NCBI GenBank assembly: GCA_030704615.1
Contig: CM060734.1
Location: 7,874,001-7,938,000, forward strand
From: Takakia lepidozioides
Lineage: Eukaryota > Plantae > Bryophyta
Direction of reading: 5' to 3'
DNA length: 64,000 nt
Shown here: in pieces, positions 25,946-38,751 of the stretch
Layout of the letters: every line of letters starts with the position of its first letter
Numbering within the stretch: the stretch's first letter is position 1
Notes under the pieces: generated by a model
What the model was told of the DNA's origin: nothing
Databases searched by the model: none
Seen by the model: the letters and a program-made list of their open reading frames with translations, nothing else
Made by a program: the position numbers and the translations under genes

Positions 25946-28900
25946 TGGCCAGTCAAAGATACCTCGGGATTGCCTGGTTGGCGTCTGCAAGGAGATATCT
26001 GGGGAGTTCACCTCACCAAAATCCAAACTTCAGTATAGACCATGTAGCTTTGTATACTCTTAACCAGGCGATCTCCGAGTGGGGAATAAATCTTGTGGGT
26101 GTACCCCCTGACCAGCAACTGAGGTTTTCCTTCAAGATTGGAGCAGAGGTGAAAGAGCTTAATTATTATGCCTACGTTAAAGATGTTGAGATGGAGTCCG
26201 ACGTGGAGAATCCAATGATGATGGTTTTCATCAGGGAGGATGGTAGAACGCCAAAGACGTTTGGCTTTTATTTGGAATCTCGTCGCGTTCGCAAAGCAAT
26301 GATGAAAGAAGCTGTTAAGATGGGATTCACTTTCCCTAAAGGTAGTTCAGCCCCTACTGCGGAGGGATTCATCCGAGCTTGGAGCATTTTCCAAAAGAAA
26401 AACTGCAGTCGACAGCAGGTTCCTCTCAGATTGAGAATGAGGAGGAGCAGCCGGCTGGGAAAAAAAAAAAAAAAAAAAAAAACTCGATATTTTTTTTTAT
26501 GAACAACAACAATAAGCCAAAAGCTGGCGAGATTTTCAACAAGGTCAAGTGCGAGGTGATGAAGCAAAGTCTGGAGAATGACTACAAAGACATGTTTTCT
26601 TTTGGGTACAACCACATAATCTCAATTGACGTCTCAAGGATGGAACTTGCTCTAAGAAGCATGGTGTATCGTCCGCTGAATATTAATCACAATGATGAAG
26701 TAAAAGCCCGTCTCTACCAACTGCGAGTTCTAGGTACGAAACATCTCGTCTACCTGGTGCCGAGGAACGAACAGGTGCCAACCCAAATGTATGCGATGAA
26801 ACCAAAGCATCAAAAGGATGTTAACAATTCAAAATTCTTCATCATTGGAGGCCAGCACACAATTATGGCAGCAAAAGTATATTACAACAACTTTTTGAGA
26901 TGGTTAATTAGGAACATCGCGGATCGCGCGTGCTTGTATGCTTGTATGCTTCTATGAGAATCTTATATGGGATATGTCTTAAGTTGTACTTTGTGGACCC
27001 GTTGTGGGACTCACAATGAATACATGATGTTTATTAGCAAGCACGCGCGAACGCGCGTGCTTCATTTTTTGCTTCATTCCACTCTAGTTCAATTCCATGC
27101 TGATGCAACACTTTCCACATCAGGAATTCGTGGAGGAGATACTGACCAAGAGCAGAGGGACCACTACGCCGAATGGCCATCAATTATCCTCTGGTCAGAT
27201 AACAATAATCGACTGCTGAAGATTTCTAAGCTCCTCAACGACCCAAATAAAGCCCAAAAATTCGACACAACATTCCCGGAGAAAGTTGCTCATGCCTTGA
27301 TGTACTATGAGAAGCCGACTTGTTGAACTTGTACATTTTCTTCACTGCGAGCCATTGTGCTTTTGTATACGGCTCTGGGTGCTGCTTGCTTCTGGCGTCA
27401 AATCCCAATACCACCATGACATCATCGATGATAAACCGCCTGTCATTTATTCGATCGATGTAATCTGACGTGCACATAATATTGGGGTCTTTTCCCTTGT
27501 AAGGACCACAAACGCAGATCTTCAAGTCCAAAATCTTCTGGACAACCTTCTTCATTTGGAGGGGGTTCAATCTTTGGAGTTTGCAGACGACATATTTTGT
27601 CAACTGCGATTGTATACCCTTATGTTTCTTTCCGTTAATGTCTAGGAGGTTTCCCTTCTCCCACTCTCTGAAACCTCCTGCCACTTCTCCCAAACATCGT
27701 CATCGCAAAGGACCAAAGTCACGGCCTCCTTAATGCTGAGCATCTCCAATATAAGTTGTGAGGCTTGCAAAAATTCCTGATCAACAGGAACAGCATGTCA
27801 GGCCAACATACACCGGGTACACGTATTTTTGGTGAATATACAACGGGACATTAAAAGAAAAATGAAGTCTAAATGATTACCTTCCACTGAACGGTTTCAG
27901 ATTTCGAAACGTTATCGAATACGAAAACCGTGAAAGTGAATGACGCATTCATCAAATACGTGCTTTCTTGCAAGAAAAAGGTTGAGGACATGGAGAAGGA
28001 AATGGGAAACCTAAATGAGACCTTCAAGTCACTTTATCAGAGTATAGGAGGGAAGCAGAGGTTCACGGATGTAAAAACTTAGTTGAAAATTGTGAGAAAG
28101 AGGGATTTTGAAGACATCGCAATGATGTTCGTCAACACAGTCTGTGACAATGACTCAGTTGTTTTCATGCATAGGAATTACAAGAATATTTTTGATGCGT
28201 TCTTCGAACAGCAGCTGAGCCCTAATGCATTTCTCTTCTTCTCGACGCAGAGGTCCTCTTCCAATCTAGTTTCCTACTTAAGGTTTGGCGAGGGTCGGAA
28301 CAACTATATTCTACTTCAAGGGTTGCATTCCTGGAGAGTTTGACAATCCTTACCAGAGTCGGCCAAAGTCATTTTCAAGACCAGTCATGTGCCTTGATTA
28401 CGTATTTCCTGCAACAGCTGCCCAGATTGAGAACCATGAGGAGCACCTGCAGGCTGTCTTGATGGTCAGCCCCATTAAACCAGTGATTAAGGCTCCAGAT
28501 ACTGAGTTCACGGACCACTAGAATGAATGTGTCGCCTACGAACACGAATTGCGGGCAGAGTCGAGCGACTACATTGCGTCCTTGTTCTGTGGCGAAGGAA
28601 TGGTGGTTGTCAATCTCTTTGGAGGAGTAATGCTAACATCGGCACTCCACGTAAGCATTTCTAGTTCCATTTCCATTTCCATTTCCGTAACACAACTTTG
28701 CGCGATCACTCGTTCATCCTTTTTATTCACTTGTTGTCATGTTTTGCAGGCTAAGAACGTCCGAGTCCTTGATATAAACCACAAGCAAAAAAAGAAATTA
28801 TGCGCGAATAAGGTGGCCGCAAACTTCACACTCCTCCACACGGAGAATGACGATGGAACCGAGGTTGGTGATGACACAAGGGGGGGCAGGAGACCCACAG

Positions 28901-29464
28901 GCACAATGGCGAAGGCAATGACGATGACGAAGAAAGAGATCCAGAGAAAGAGGAAAACCAGGAAGAAGGTGACGGAAATAAAATGTTGGACAGAAATGAA
29001 GAACTTGAGGATGGGAGGAAGAGAAAGGCGATGATGATAATGACCAGCACGACACCGTCAACAATTTCTTGCAAGAGACCGAACAAATTGAGCAAGGGAG
29101 AGATCCACCAGCTGAACAAGCATGGAGGGTATACCGCGAAGAAGCCCACCATCCACAGGCCGTGCAAATTACAGGTGAAGGAGACAAGCCTGGGACAACT
29201 GTACTGTCTTCCTCCACTGAAGAAGTGGGGGGCGATAATGTCCCGGATGACGCTGATTCAAGAGACGTCTTCACTAAGGAGATTGCAGAAATAGACTCAA
29301 GGGTGGGATTCAGGCCGGTGGAGGGCGATATGCCATTATGGATGTCACCATATCAAGGTTTAAGCCAACGGGTTAGAGACATCGTTGATGGTCAGGCATC
29401 TAGGGCACTGGTCGGCGATAAAGTTACTGTTGACGTGAGTATTGCAGATTATGAGTTGTCCTGA
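25946..29464 (+). pseudogene. Multi-exon ParB-like domain + degenerate DNA amino-methyltransferase-like domain + acidic tail; frameshifted and internally inverted
   Basis: 'MVYRPLN..YLVP..FFIIGGQHTIMAAK' is like the ParB/Srx GxHR motif. 'YEHELRAE..IASLFCGEGMVVVNLFGG' resembles MTase motif X-I. GT-AG introns at ~26877-27123 and ~28651-28749. Confidence 0.55.
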
Positions 29465-29497
29465 CACTTGTAAAACAAAATTTTGAAGTTGATGTTA

Positions 29498-29681
29498 AAA
29501 AAAAACAAAAAAGGTGGACGCGTTGCCGAAGCAAGCGTAACTTATGGTGTCACTTGACCCCATAGGGCTACTGCCTTCCGGTGGGAAGGTGGACACCGTA
29601 ATGACTTCCAGCATGTGGATTGAACCCACAACCACTCGTGAGAGGATATGTGCCCTTACCACTGGGCTACATGCTGGTTGT
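29498..29681 (-). mobile_element. tRNA-derived SINE, copy 2 (diverged subfamily)
   Basis: Same A/B boxes and body as the other copies. T-rich tail. Imperfect TSD (ttgaagttgatgtta / ttgagttgatgtaa). Confidence 0.88.
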
Positions 29682-30229
29682 ATTGAGTTGATGTAACATC
29701 AGAATTCGTATATAAATGGAACTAATAACTTTGTGTTTTGTGATAGTCTCATGAATCAATCAAAACTTTTATGTAAGTCTAATCACCAGCATTTTCTGTA
29801 GATCCGTGAGTCAAATACAGAGGAAGTGACACATAGAAGAACAAACGACACACAACAGCGTACAATGAAAAAACAATCTGACTTGAGTGTGAGGATATCG
29901 TTGCCCACATTGGAAGCTTCAGAAACCGCGGGTGATCGCGCGAGGTTACTTTTGGGAGGGGTCAAGAAAAACATGCCGGAGGACGAAAGACCCGTCTCTG
30001 GTGGAGATGGCGGCCAAACCTCATCCGACTTGCAGCAAGTGCCGCCAAAGCTGGTATTTCATTTTCCGCCTTCTCCTTTCTTTCCTGCTTTCCATTACGA
30101 AAAAATTCCAATGAATTAATAATTATTTCCTAATGGGCCCGATGATATGACCTATCCACCACACGACTATTCCCAAGCTGTCAATCCTGGGGATTTTTTC
30201 CAATGGGTCCAAATGGAAGTCAGCCCGGA

Positions 30230-31062
30230 TATTCTGTCGTTGTTCTGGATGTCGGGTTCCTTTGTGAGGTCTACCTCCAGAAGGGGCAAAAAAAACCCCT
30301 CCCGCAACGCAGCCTTGTATCTCTACTGGAAGATTTAAGTTAGCAATGCGACATGAGGTGGGAGACTTCCTCAAATGGGTCGTGAAGAAGTTCTTCGTCG
30401 TCTTATGGAACACTAGCAAAGAAGAGACTGTCGTGGATTTCAAATCAACTTTGTTCAGGAGGAACGCCTACATGGTCATGCATTACAGTTCCGACCAATG
30501 TGTGGAACATAGACTTACGTTCAACCAGTATTGGTCTACGTTTCCTAAGGCCCCTATTTACTTCAAACGACTTTACGACTTGTTCGTTGACCCGGACTCT
30601 AAAGCCTACAGGTCTAACACCCTGCTTATAGACGTCGTAGGGAATATGGTCTTTCCTCAATCCTCTGAGCCTGGTCATCTTCCTCCATAAATAGAAGCAC
30701 TTATAAATCCATACAAGGATGATTTTTTGATGGGTCATCTGAAGCCCCACCTGGACAAGTTGAGGCATAAAAAAAAATGGACGCTTGGGCCTTCAATGAG
30801 CATAACCTTTTTGGTATACCTAAGAAAAAAGTATGACGCCTCCCGAAGGGAGCGTAACTTATGGTGTCACTTCACCACAGGGGCTACTTCCTTCCAGCTG
30901 AAAGGTGGACACCTTCATGACACACCAGACCGTAGTTTGAACCCACAACCACATCCAACGTGGTATGTGCCCATTACCACTGGGCTACATGCTGGTTGTC
31001 GGTATACCTAAGAATATCTACTTTGAGGATGCAAGAATGAAATTCATTCAACGCTGAGACTT
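30230..31062 (+). pseudogene. FCP1/SCP (NIF, HAD) phosphatase-like domain, copy 1; frameshifted and SINE-interrupted
   Basis: 'VVVLDVGFLC' (alternative frame at ~30236), then 'RHEVGDFLKWVVKKFFVVLWNT', 'IYFKRL', 'SNTLLID'. Confidence 0.7.
30827..31000 (-). mobile_element. tRNA-derived SINE, copy 3
   Basis: Perfect 14-bp TSD ggtatacctaagaa at 30813-30826 and 31001-31014. T tail. Highly similar to copy 1. Confidence 0.92.
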
Positions 31063-31299
31063 TCCATGGCCTAAGTACAAGGAGGAATGAGATGCACATC
31101 TTAAAGGCCCGTGCCTTGGAATGTGGAATACTAAAGTGACTATATTTTGAGAATGAACTGGGAGTGGGAGGTCATTGAGTTCCTTATGTGTACATGGGAT
31201 TTTTCTCTTCTCTTCTCTATTCTGCTTTGATTTACCTAAGTGTCTTTATCACTCCTTCACAGATCCGACAGCCTGGATCTCCACCTGCGAGGGGACCCC

Positions 31300-31975
31300 G
31301 CTTGATAATTTTTTGACGTGAATGGAGTGTTGTGCAAATAATGAAGCGCCTGAGCACAGGCCCTGCTCCACGTTTTTCGGAATCTGATTACAAAATTCCT
31401 GCTATTGTTGGGTATCAGCAAATCTTTAGATGGGAGATGTACTGGGAAGTTTGGCAAGAGTTACACAAGCATTTCATTTTAGGAATCTGGAGCTGCATGA
31501 TGCTTAAAAACTTAAATGCCGTTCTGGATTTGCTCCTACGTGGTCTTCCACGGCCAGCGTTCATCATGTCGCAGGAAGATTGTATCATTTGCCCAAGCAA
31601 TCTGCACCCAAATTACCGACCAGGACAAGAACAACCTCATGTGTTCCTGAAACCACTCATTAAAGTATGGCAGAGTTCTGAAGGTTATTACAATCAGAGT
31701 AACACTCTGTTGATTGATGATACGGCTTTGAAGTGCTTGCTGAACCCTCGTGAATCATGTCTTCTTCTCAAGTCTTTTGAGAACATCGACGTCGACGATT
31801 TCTTCTTCACAAACTTAGAGATTTTTTGCTTGGCTTCTTGAATGTTGAGAACGTTTCGAGCTTTTTGAAAGCAAGGAGAATAGGCTTTCCACCTTTCAAA
31901 GTTAACGATCCACAGTTCAGGCCTCTTCTTGACTATATTGACAATTCACAATATCGTCATTTCCGAGTAAATGAT
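31300..31975 (+). pseudogene. FCP1/SCP-like domain, copy 2; frameshifted
   Basis: 'FFDVNGVLC' at ~31309, then 'HFILGIWSC..FIMSQEDC..VFLKPLIKVW..SNTLLIDDTALKCLLNP'. Confidence 0.8.
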
Positions 31976-33550
31976 AAGTAAATATTCGTGACCTACTATG
32001 GACACAGTTTACTACTTAATATTGAATGTCAAGACCTTGGAATTCAGTCTTCTTATGACATTCTTCTGCATTGCATGGAAATTGTTATCTTGCCAATCCA
32101 TAAGCAACGGTCAGAGGTTTCAATGATTCTTTATGTCCGTCGATTTCTTTTGGGAACCTCGCGTGGTCACGCGTTCTTCCAACTCAAATTTATGACTTTG
32201 TTGATATATATTTTACTTGCAGGTATGCTCATATCAAAATGTTCTCCACGCCACAAATGCAGCTCCAATTGGCGAAACATGTTCGTCTGATATTGTTGAT
32301 GATTTAGACATGATCAGACCAGAAGCTTTTAAAGGACCTGACAACTTGTTATCTACTCAGGCATCAATTGCTATTATCGAGAGGGATCCTTTCAGTGTTT
32401 CAGATGTTGTTTCGAGGCTCAATATGTCAAAAGGTGAACCCACCGTTAGCAGGGTTGATGATTTAACTGGGGTTGGCTACATAGGGGAAATGGACTCTCA
32501 AGTTCTTGAGGAATCCTCTTTGGAGCCGTCTTCATCCCATCACTTTTCAGCAAACGCCATCATGGGGCCTCTACATGACTCTACCGAACTACATGTTCCA
32601 TTGGATGCTACCGTCGCTGAACTGCCGCCTCATCATATCATAATTCCAAGTGAGTCACCGGATCACGAGGGTTGGACACCTCAGCTGCTGAGAAGTTAGG
32701 TGATTTAATTCTATTTCATCCATGCGTTTTATTGTTATCGTGTTTCTGTTCATCCTCTGATTTTCTTTCTTTACTCCAAGCCAGAAAAGCTGCAACGTAT
32801 GACCTTCCTGTGAAGCGGCAACTTCTGTGGGGTTGTATTCCAAGGTAATCCATTTTTTCCGTTTGAATTCGGTTCAGGATGTGCAGAAGGCAAGGAACCG
32901 CATTCCATTATCAACCGTGAGAGGGAACGTTATTGAACTCACTCATTCACCGAGGTCAGCACACCGACAAAACCAACAAATATTTGTGCACATCCCCAAC
33001 CGCCCAGAATTCCGGATGGTCTTGTGTCAAGGAAACGTCATAGATCACAGCAGTCTGTGGCGGTGGTGTCCGATGATAAAAGAACAACATCCGGCGTGCT
33101 GTTATCCCTTCAACATTCACCTGCCTCCAGTGGTAACCCGCCTCAGAATCGTAGGGTAAATCTTGTAAAGGTAATAAGTATCTCCTTCACTTGATCATAT
33201 GTCTTATTGTTTCTGGCTTCCTGGTAATGAATACATATATCATTTACATGGTGGACATAACTTGACACACAAGAACCTCGCGCGATCGCGCGTGGTTGCA
33301 GGAAACTCAGATACTCCGGATGGTGTTTGTTTGTCTCATGTCACTTTGGGTGTCGTAATGCGGAGTCATGGACATCCTTTGCAAAATATTACATTTTCCT
33401 TTCAGGATATAGACGCGGGATATACCACAAAACGCAAGTATGTCGTAGCATTTTTGAGTTGGAAAATATACTAGAAATAATTTAATTTTGGGTCAGATAA
33501 CATAAACTAATGGGTTCTTTTGGATGGTTCAGAATATTGTTTCTTAACCA

Positions 33551-34306
33551 ATGTGTGCTGTCCGAAAACACAAACGCATATTGTTGGTCTTGAGTGTCAA
33601 TGAACTTCTTTGCTACAGGGCACCTCCTACCGGAGGTGAGTTGTTTAAACAGAGGTTCCACTTGAGGAAAGTAACAATTCGGGTGCCCGCAAGACCGTTT
33701 GTGGTTCCAAGACCTGGAGTGCTAGAGTTTCTTCGACTTGCATTGACTCATTTTCATGTAGCAATTTGGTCTTGCTTTGAGAGTGATACTCTATTCAAGA
33801 TGTTGGAGTGTTTCGTTCCCCCGGAAATTACGAAAAAAATTCGCTTCATTTGGTCTACCGAGCATTGCACAGATACAGCTGGACATATTAAGCCTGAGAT
33901 GAAATATCTTATTAAAGATATTAAGAGTATTCTCGTAAAATTTAGTAGGAAAGAATTTGCTAGGCAGGGGCGAATTCTACTGGTCGATGATGATCCATCC
34001 AAGGCACTCCAAAACCCAGTGAATACTGGAGTCTTCCCAATCACATTCAATGAATCAAACCATGAGGAGGATTTGGTTGACCTCACCAAAGCTTTGTGGC
34101 CTTTTCTCTCGGGCATGATTGGAGCCCCGTCCGTTGTTGATTATGTCAGCAAGAACTCCTACATATCTTCCGGTTTACCGATAGATCGAAATCACGTCTA
34201 CTGGTCTTGGTTTGGAAGATTTGTTGATGCTTCTGTTTGGCACCCACCGCAAAAAGAACCCGATTATCTCGGTATGTTGATTAACATTGCCCTATATCGT
34301 GCGTAG
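33551..34306 (+). CDS. FCP1/SCP-like domain protein, copy 3; intact 251-aa ORF lacking the catalytic Asp
   Basis: 'ILLVLSVNELL..FVVPRPGVLEFL..HFHVAIWSC..FIWSTEHC..LIKDI..ILLVDDDPSKALQNP'. Confidence 0.8.
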   Translation: MCAVRKHKRILLVLSVNELLCYRAPPTGGELFKQRFHLRKVTIRVPARPFVVPRPGVLEFLRLALTHFHVAIWSCFESDTLFKMLECFVPPEITKKIRFIWSTEHCTDTAGHIKPEMKYLIKDIKSILVKFSRKEFARQGRILLVDDDPSKALQNPVNTGVFPITFNESNHEEDLVDLTKALWPFLSGMIGAPSVVDYVSKNSYISSGLPIDRNHVYWSWFGRFVDASVWHPPQKEPDYLGMLINIALYRA

Positions 34307-34649
34307 TCTTTCGTTGTTACATGAACCTCCATTTGTTCTTTGACGAATGTTGACTTCACATACTTTTGTGAAATCAATGATATTTCTCTGACATTTGGAT
34401 ATTCGTTAACAATTCCCTGTTGTGCTACTTCCTCAGAGTTATTTTCAAGTGTCAAGTTCAGAATCAAATTTGACATAAGAAAAAAGAAGAAAGGCAGCGG
34501 AAGGCTGCGCGGAGGGACCACGAGGCTTTACGGTCAGTGACAGGTGATACCACGGACATGTTGGGTCATATCTTCAATCAATCTCCGACTGTATCGGATG
34601 GACTTTGGATTCAAGCGAGAGCGCTCAGTGAGGGCGGAGCTCCGCCCTC

Positions 34650-35900
34650 CCACCGTTTTCGTCGCTAAACTCTGTAACCGTGACTTATTATTTAGGGTTC
34701 CGCTATACTTTTAGCTTTTACATTCTATCCCTCCTCCTTTTATGTCAGCTCGGCTACTCTCACCCTAACTATCTTTCTAGCACCACACTCCACCGCCGCC
34801 ACCGCTCGGCTTCTCCGCTCTGTGCTTGTGACGATGGTTCTATACGCAGATGGAAGCTCTACCACCCCCCACCTTTATATCAAGCAAGGAGCTACGATGC
34901 GACAGATATACTCGCGCAGGCATACCATTCACATCACTATGTGCTCACTACTTTGAGCTCGACACCCTTCTTCCACGAGTCAGCGAAGCTTCCTACGCAG
35001 CACTATGTGGCTTCTCGCACCGGACAGTATGTATACACACTCGCCAACACTGCGATGGCGTTTCTGTCTACCTGTCACGTCTCAAGCACGAGGTACTTTC
35101 TTCTCAAGCCGGTCTTTACAACCTCCGGCGGTCCAGCTTCACACAAAACACAGTCCCAAGCTACAAGCATGCAGACATCACATCAACGTTACAACCTACG
35201 TTCGCTTGTCTTGGAGGAAGAGCAGGGATTTTGAAGCGGCTACTGCCCATTTTCTGGTTCGTGGTTTCACCGTGTAGAGGCTGGGGGCTTCACTCCCACC
35301 TCTGGAGACCGTCTGAACTTCAATCGACGAATTTGGTATCAGAGGCCATCGGCGATTGGAGTAGGAGGCGGAATCCCCCAACCTCTCCCGCCCCTTATTT
35401 TCAACTAGACCCTTGCTCCGACACTCCCAACTCGTATCAGCAGCAGGCCATCATTGTTTGTCTACCCTGGGCCAAGTCCGAATGTACCAGGTGCTAGACT
35501 TCCAAACCCCCTCTCTACCTGATCAAATTTACACAAGGCTGCCATCCTACGAGTGTCGTGGATCATCATGGACCCAAAAGAGTCCTTTGCTATGGTGGCA
35601 ACACGATGACACAGGTGCTATCAGACCAAGCAGCCGACACTATTACCCACATGCGCTACAATTTGGGTTCCTATACGACAGAGTTATGTATGAGCTCCAC
35701 TCGCTTGGCCCTCTCCGAGCCATGCTTCCAAGCTCACAAGACGCAGATGCAAGCTACTACTCTAATGCGGGTCAACCAAACCTGGTCTTCATATCCCACC
35801 ACCAGGGCCTTGCATCTGTACTTCTCCAGCTTAACACCATCTATAATGAAGTATGAAGCTCTAACCTCGACGGCAAGCATTGGGCTCTCTACGACTTACA
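34650..35900 (+). mobile_element. Probable 5' part (ORF1-like) of a non-LTR element, homologous to 24000-24450 (minus)
   Basis: Shared 'WK[LV]YHPPPLYQ' peptide and DNA similarity. Preceded by a perfect 20-bp palindrome. Confidence 0.4.
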
Positions 35901-36329
35901 AACAGCAGCAGCTGGATCCACGCCTGCTCCTATGATTGGGGAGGAAGGGAAGGCTCCCCACGTCTTGCTGAAGAAGCCGTCGAGGCGATTTTGGATTTTT
36001 CAACGATCTGCAGCACCTCAACTTGTATATATCAAGGCGCGGGTAAAGGCTCTCAGAGGTGATGCACACATGGTTGACATATCCCCGACCCAACATCAGG
36101 TGACCCCCTTGCCAAGGACCTCACCGCTTGTCATGATCTCTACCTTGTTCACTCGCCCCAACTCTACTCAGTTCCGCCATCTGCCTATTGATTTTACCTT
36201 CGAACGCCAGCGTGGGACACATGGTTCCGAAACGCCTACACTTTCAGATGATGGAGGGGAGGATCTCTTTTCCAGGCATATTGAGATGGAGAAAATTAAC
36301 TCTCCCAGTGTTGCCTCAACTTCTACATC

Positions 36330-38751
36330 AGAGCCCAAGTCAGCCGCTGATACTAGTACAACAGAGATCTTAAGCAAAGATCTTTCAATTGAACCATTCT
36401 CTTGGAATGCGTGCGCAAGCCAAGGTGTGCTGCAGAAAAGCAAAGTGGGCCATGATGACATCTTCAAAGCTGGAATTATGCCGGATACTATTCTGGTGAA
36501 CATTCCTGTTGACTTGTTTACAAAATGCCCGAGTATAGAGGCTGCGTGTCAAGTGCTGGACAATGTAGCACAACAGGTCGTGATCTCTTGTAATGCAATG
36601 ATCGAAGGATATGCTCAACAAGGGCGCAACAATGTGTCTGATTGTCATTTATGCATCATAAATGCCTACAGCACCCTAAACAGAGATCTTTCAGTTGAAC
36701 CATTCTCCTTCAATGGGTGTGCAAGCCAAGGTGCGCTGCAGAAAGACAAAGTGTTCCATGATGACAGCTGGAATTGTCCCGGATATCAATCTGGTGAACA
36801 CCCTTGTTGACATGTATGCCAATTGCGGGAGTGTAGAGGTTACATGTCAAGTGTTTGACAACAGGGCACAACAAGACGTGGTCTCCTGGAATGCAATGAT
36901 CGTAGGATATGCTCTACAAAGGCGCAGCAGTGTGCTTGACAGTCACTTAAGCATCATAAGTAACTACAACATCTTGAGCAGAGCTCTCCCAGTGCCACGA
37001 CAGCAGGGCAGACCAGCCAGGGAAGAGCAGGAGCTGCAGATTTGGCAGCGTGAAGATGAAGAGACCTTGCAAAACCAGACTGTTCCTAATATGAGGGCAT
37101 TTCAGGCTGGTATCCCATACCCTTTACCTCTCCCCCCACTCTTCATGTGTTCAAGGATATCTGAATATGCTGAACATGGTTCTGGCATAGAGGCTTTCAC
37201 GACATCACGAAAGGGCAAAGCGGTGCATACTAACATCGTCCAAGCAGTAATTGAATATGTTAGTATTCTAGAGACTGCCCCCACTGCCATGAATTACACA
37301 AGTGGTTGCTTGAAATTAGATGCATGCCCTGTATTTTACAACATGACTTTCCGAACGGTGGTCTCATGGAGCGCCATAGTTGAGGAGCGTGTGATGCAGC
37401 GGGAGAACTGGCTGCGCTCAAAAGAGAAAGAGCGGCGGCTACAGCAGCAGACCATGCTAGAGATGGACTCACCTCAGCATACACAAGGTTCTTTGCCTCT
37501 GCCTCAACTCGTCTCTGTTTCACTCAGCTCTGCTTATCACCCGCAGTCCCCCGACACATCACAAGAGCCTGGCAGCCATGGAAAAGCGCAAAGCTGTACC
37601 TGATGCATCATCAAAGCTGTAGTTGTTCCAAATGTCATTCTGCACACTGCCCTGGCAGATCTGGAAAAGGACATAGAGGTCCATGGCGACATTTCAGAGC
37701 TGGAATTGTACCAACTGTCATTCTGAACAATACCCTGGTGGACATGTATGCAAAATGTGGGTGCATCGAGGATGCAAAGGGAGTGTTTGACGCTATGGCT
37801 GAACGAGTTACGGTGTAGTGGAATGCGATGCTTGAAGATTCTGCTGCAGTTGTACCAAATGTCATTCTACACACTGCCCTGGCAGATCTGGAAAAGGGCA
37901 ATGAGATACATGGCGACATCTTCAGAGCTGGAATTGTCCCCATTGTCATTCTGAACAATACCCTGGTGGACATGTATGCAAAATGTGGGCGCATCAAGGA
38001 TGCAAAGAGAGTGTTTGACACTATGGCTGAACGAGATATGGTGTCGTGGAATGTGATGCTTGAAGGTTCTGCTGTAGCTGTACCAAATGTCATTCTGCAC
38101 ACTGCCCTGGCAGACCTGGAAATGGGCAATGAGGTCCATGGCGACATCTTCAGAGCTAGAATTGTACCAACTGTCATTCTGAACAATACCCTGGTGGACA
38201 TGTATGCAAAAGGTGGGCTTGCTGACATCATCAAAGCTGGAGCTGTACCAAATGTCATTCTGAACACTGCCCTGGCAGCTCGGGTAAAGGGCAAAGAAGT
38301 CCATGGCGACATCGTCAGAGCTGGAATTGTAATGAAAGAGAAAGAGCTGCAGCAGCAACAGCAGCAGACTATACTAGAGGTGGAGAGACAAACCCTTATC
38401 AACATGTATGCCAAGTGTGGATGCCCGCTGGATGCCCGCCAAGTGTTCGAAAAAATGCCTGAACAAACTGGGTGCTCTTGGAACATCATGTTAGCAGGGT
38501 ATGCGAAGCATGGATGTGGGAAGGCTTTCGAGATCTATGAGCAAATGATGAGGGAAGGGCTGATTCCTGACAGGGTCTTTTTCATTTGCATTCTCAATGC
38601 GTGTGCAAGCCAAGGTGCGCTGCAGGAAGGCAAACAGGTCCATATGAACATCTTCAAGGCTGGAACTGCGCCAGATATCAATCTGGAGAACACCCCTGTT
38701 GACATTTATGACACATGCGGGAGTATAGAGGATGCACGTCAAGTGTTTGAC
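36330..38751 (+). pseudogene. PLS-class PPR gene remnants with internal tandem duplications; no E/DYW domain seen
   Basis: Repeated 'NTLVDMYAKCG.I.DA..VFD.M.ERD.VSWN.M' and 'PDRVFFICILNACASQGALQEGKQVH'. ~303-bp and ~222-bp repeat units, with stops and frameshifts. Confidence 0.9.

Noticed and set aside
37635-38489. 284-aa minus-strand repetitive ORF
   Set aside because: Antisense of the PPR repeats.
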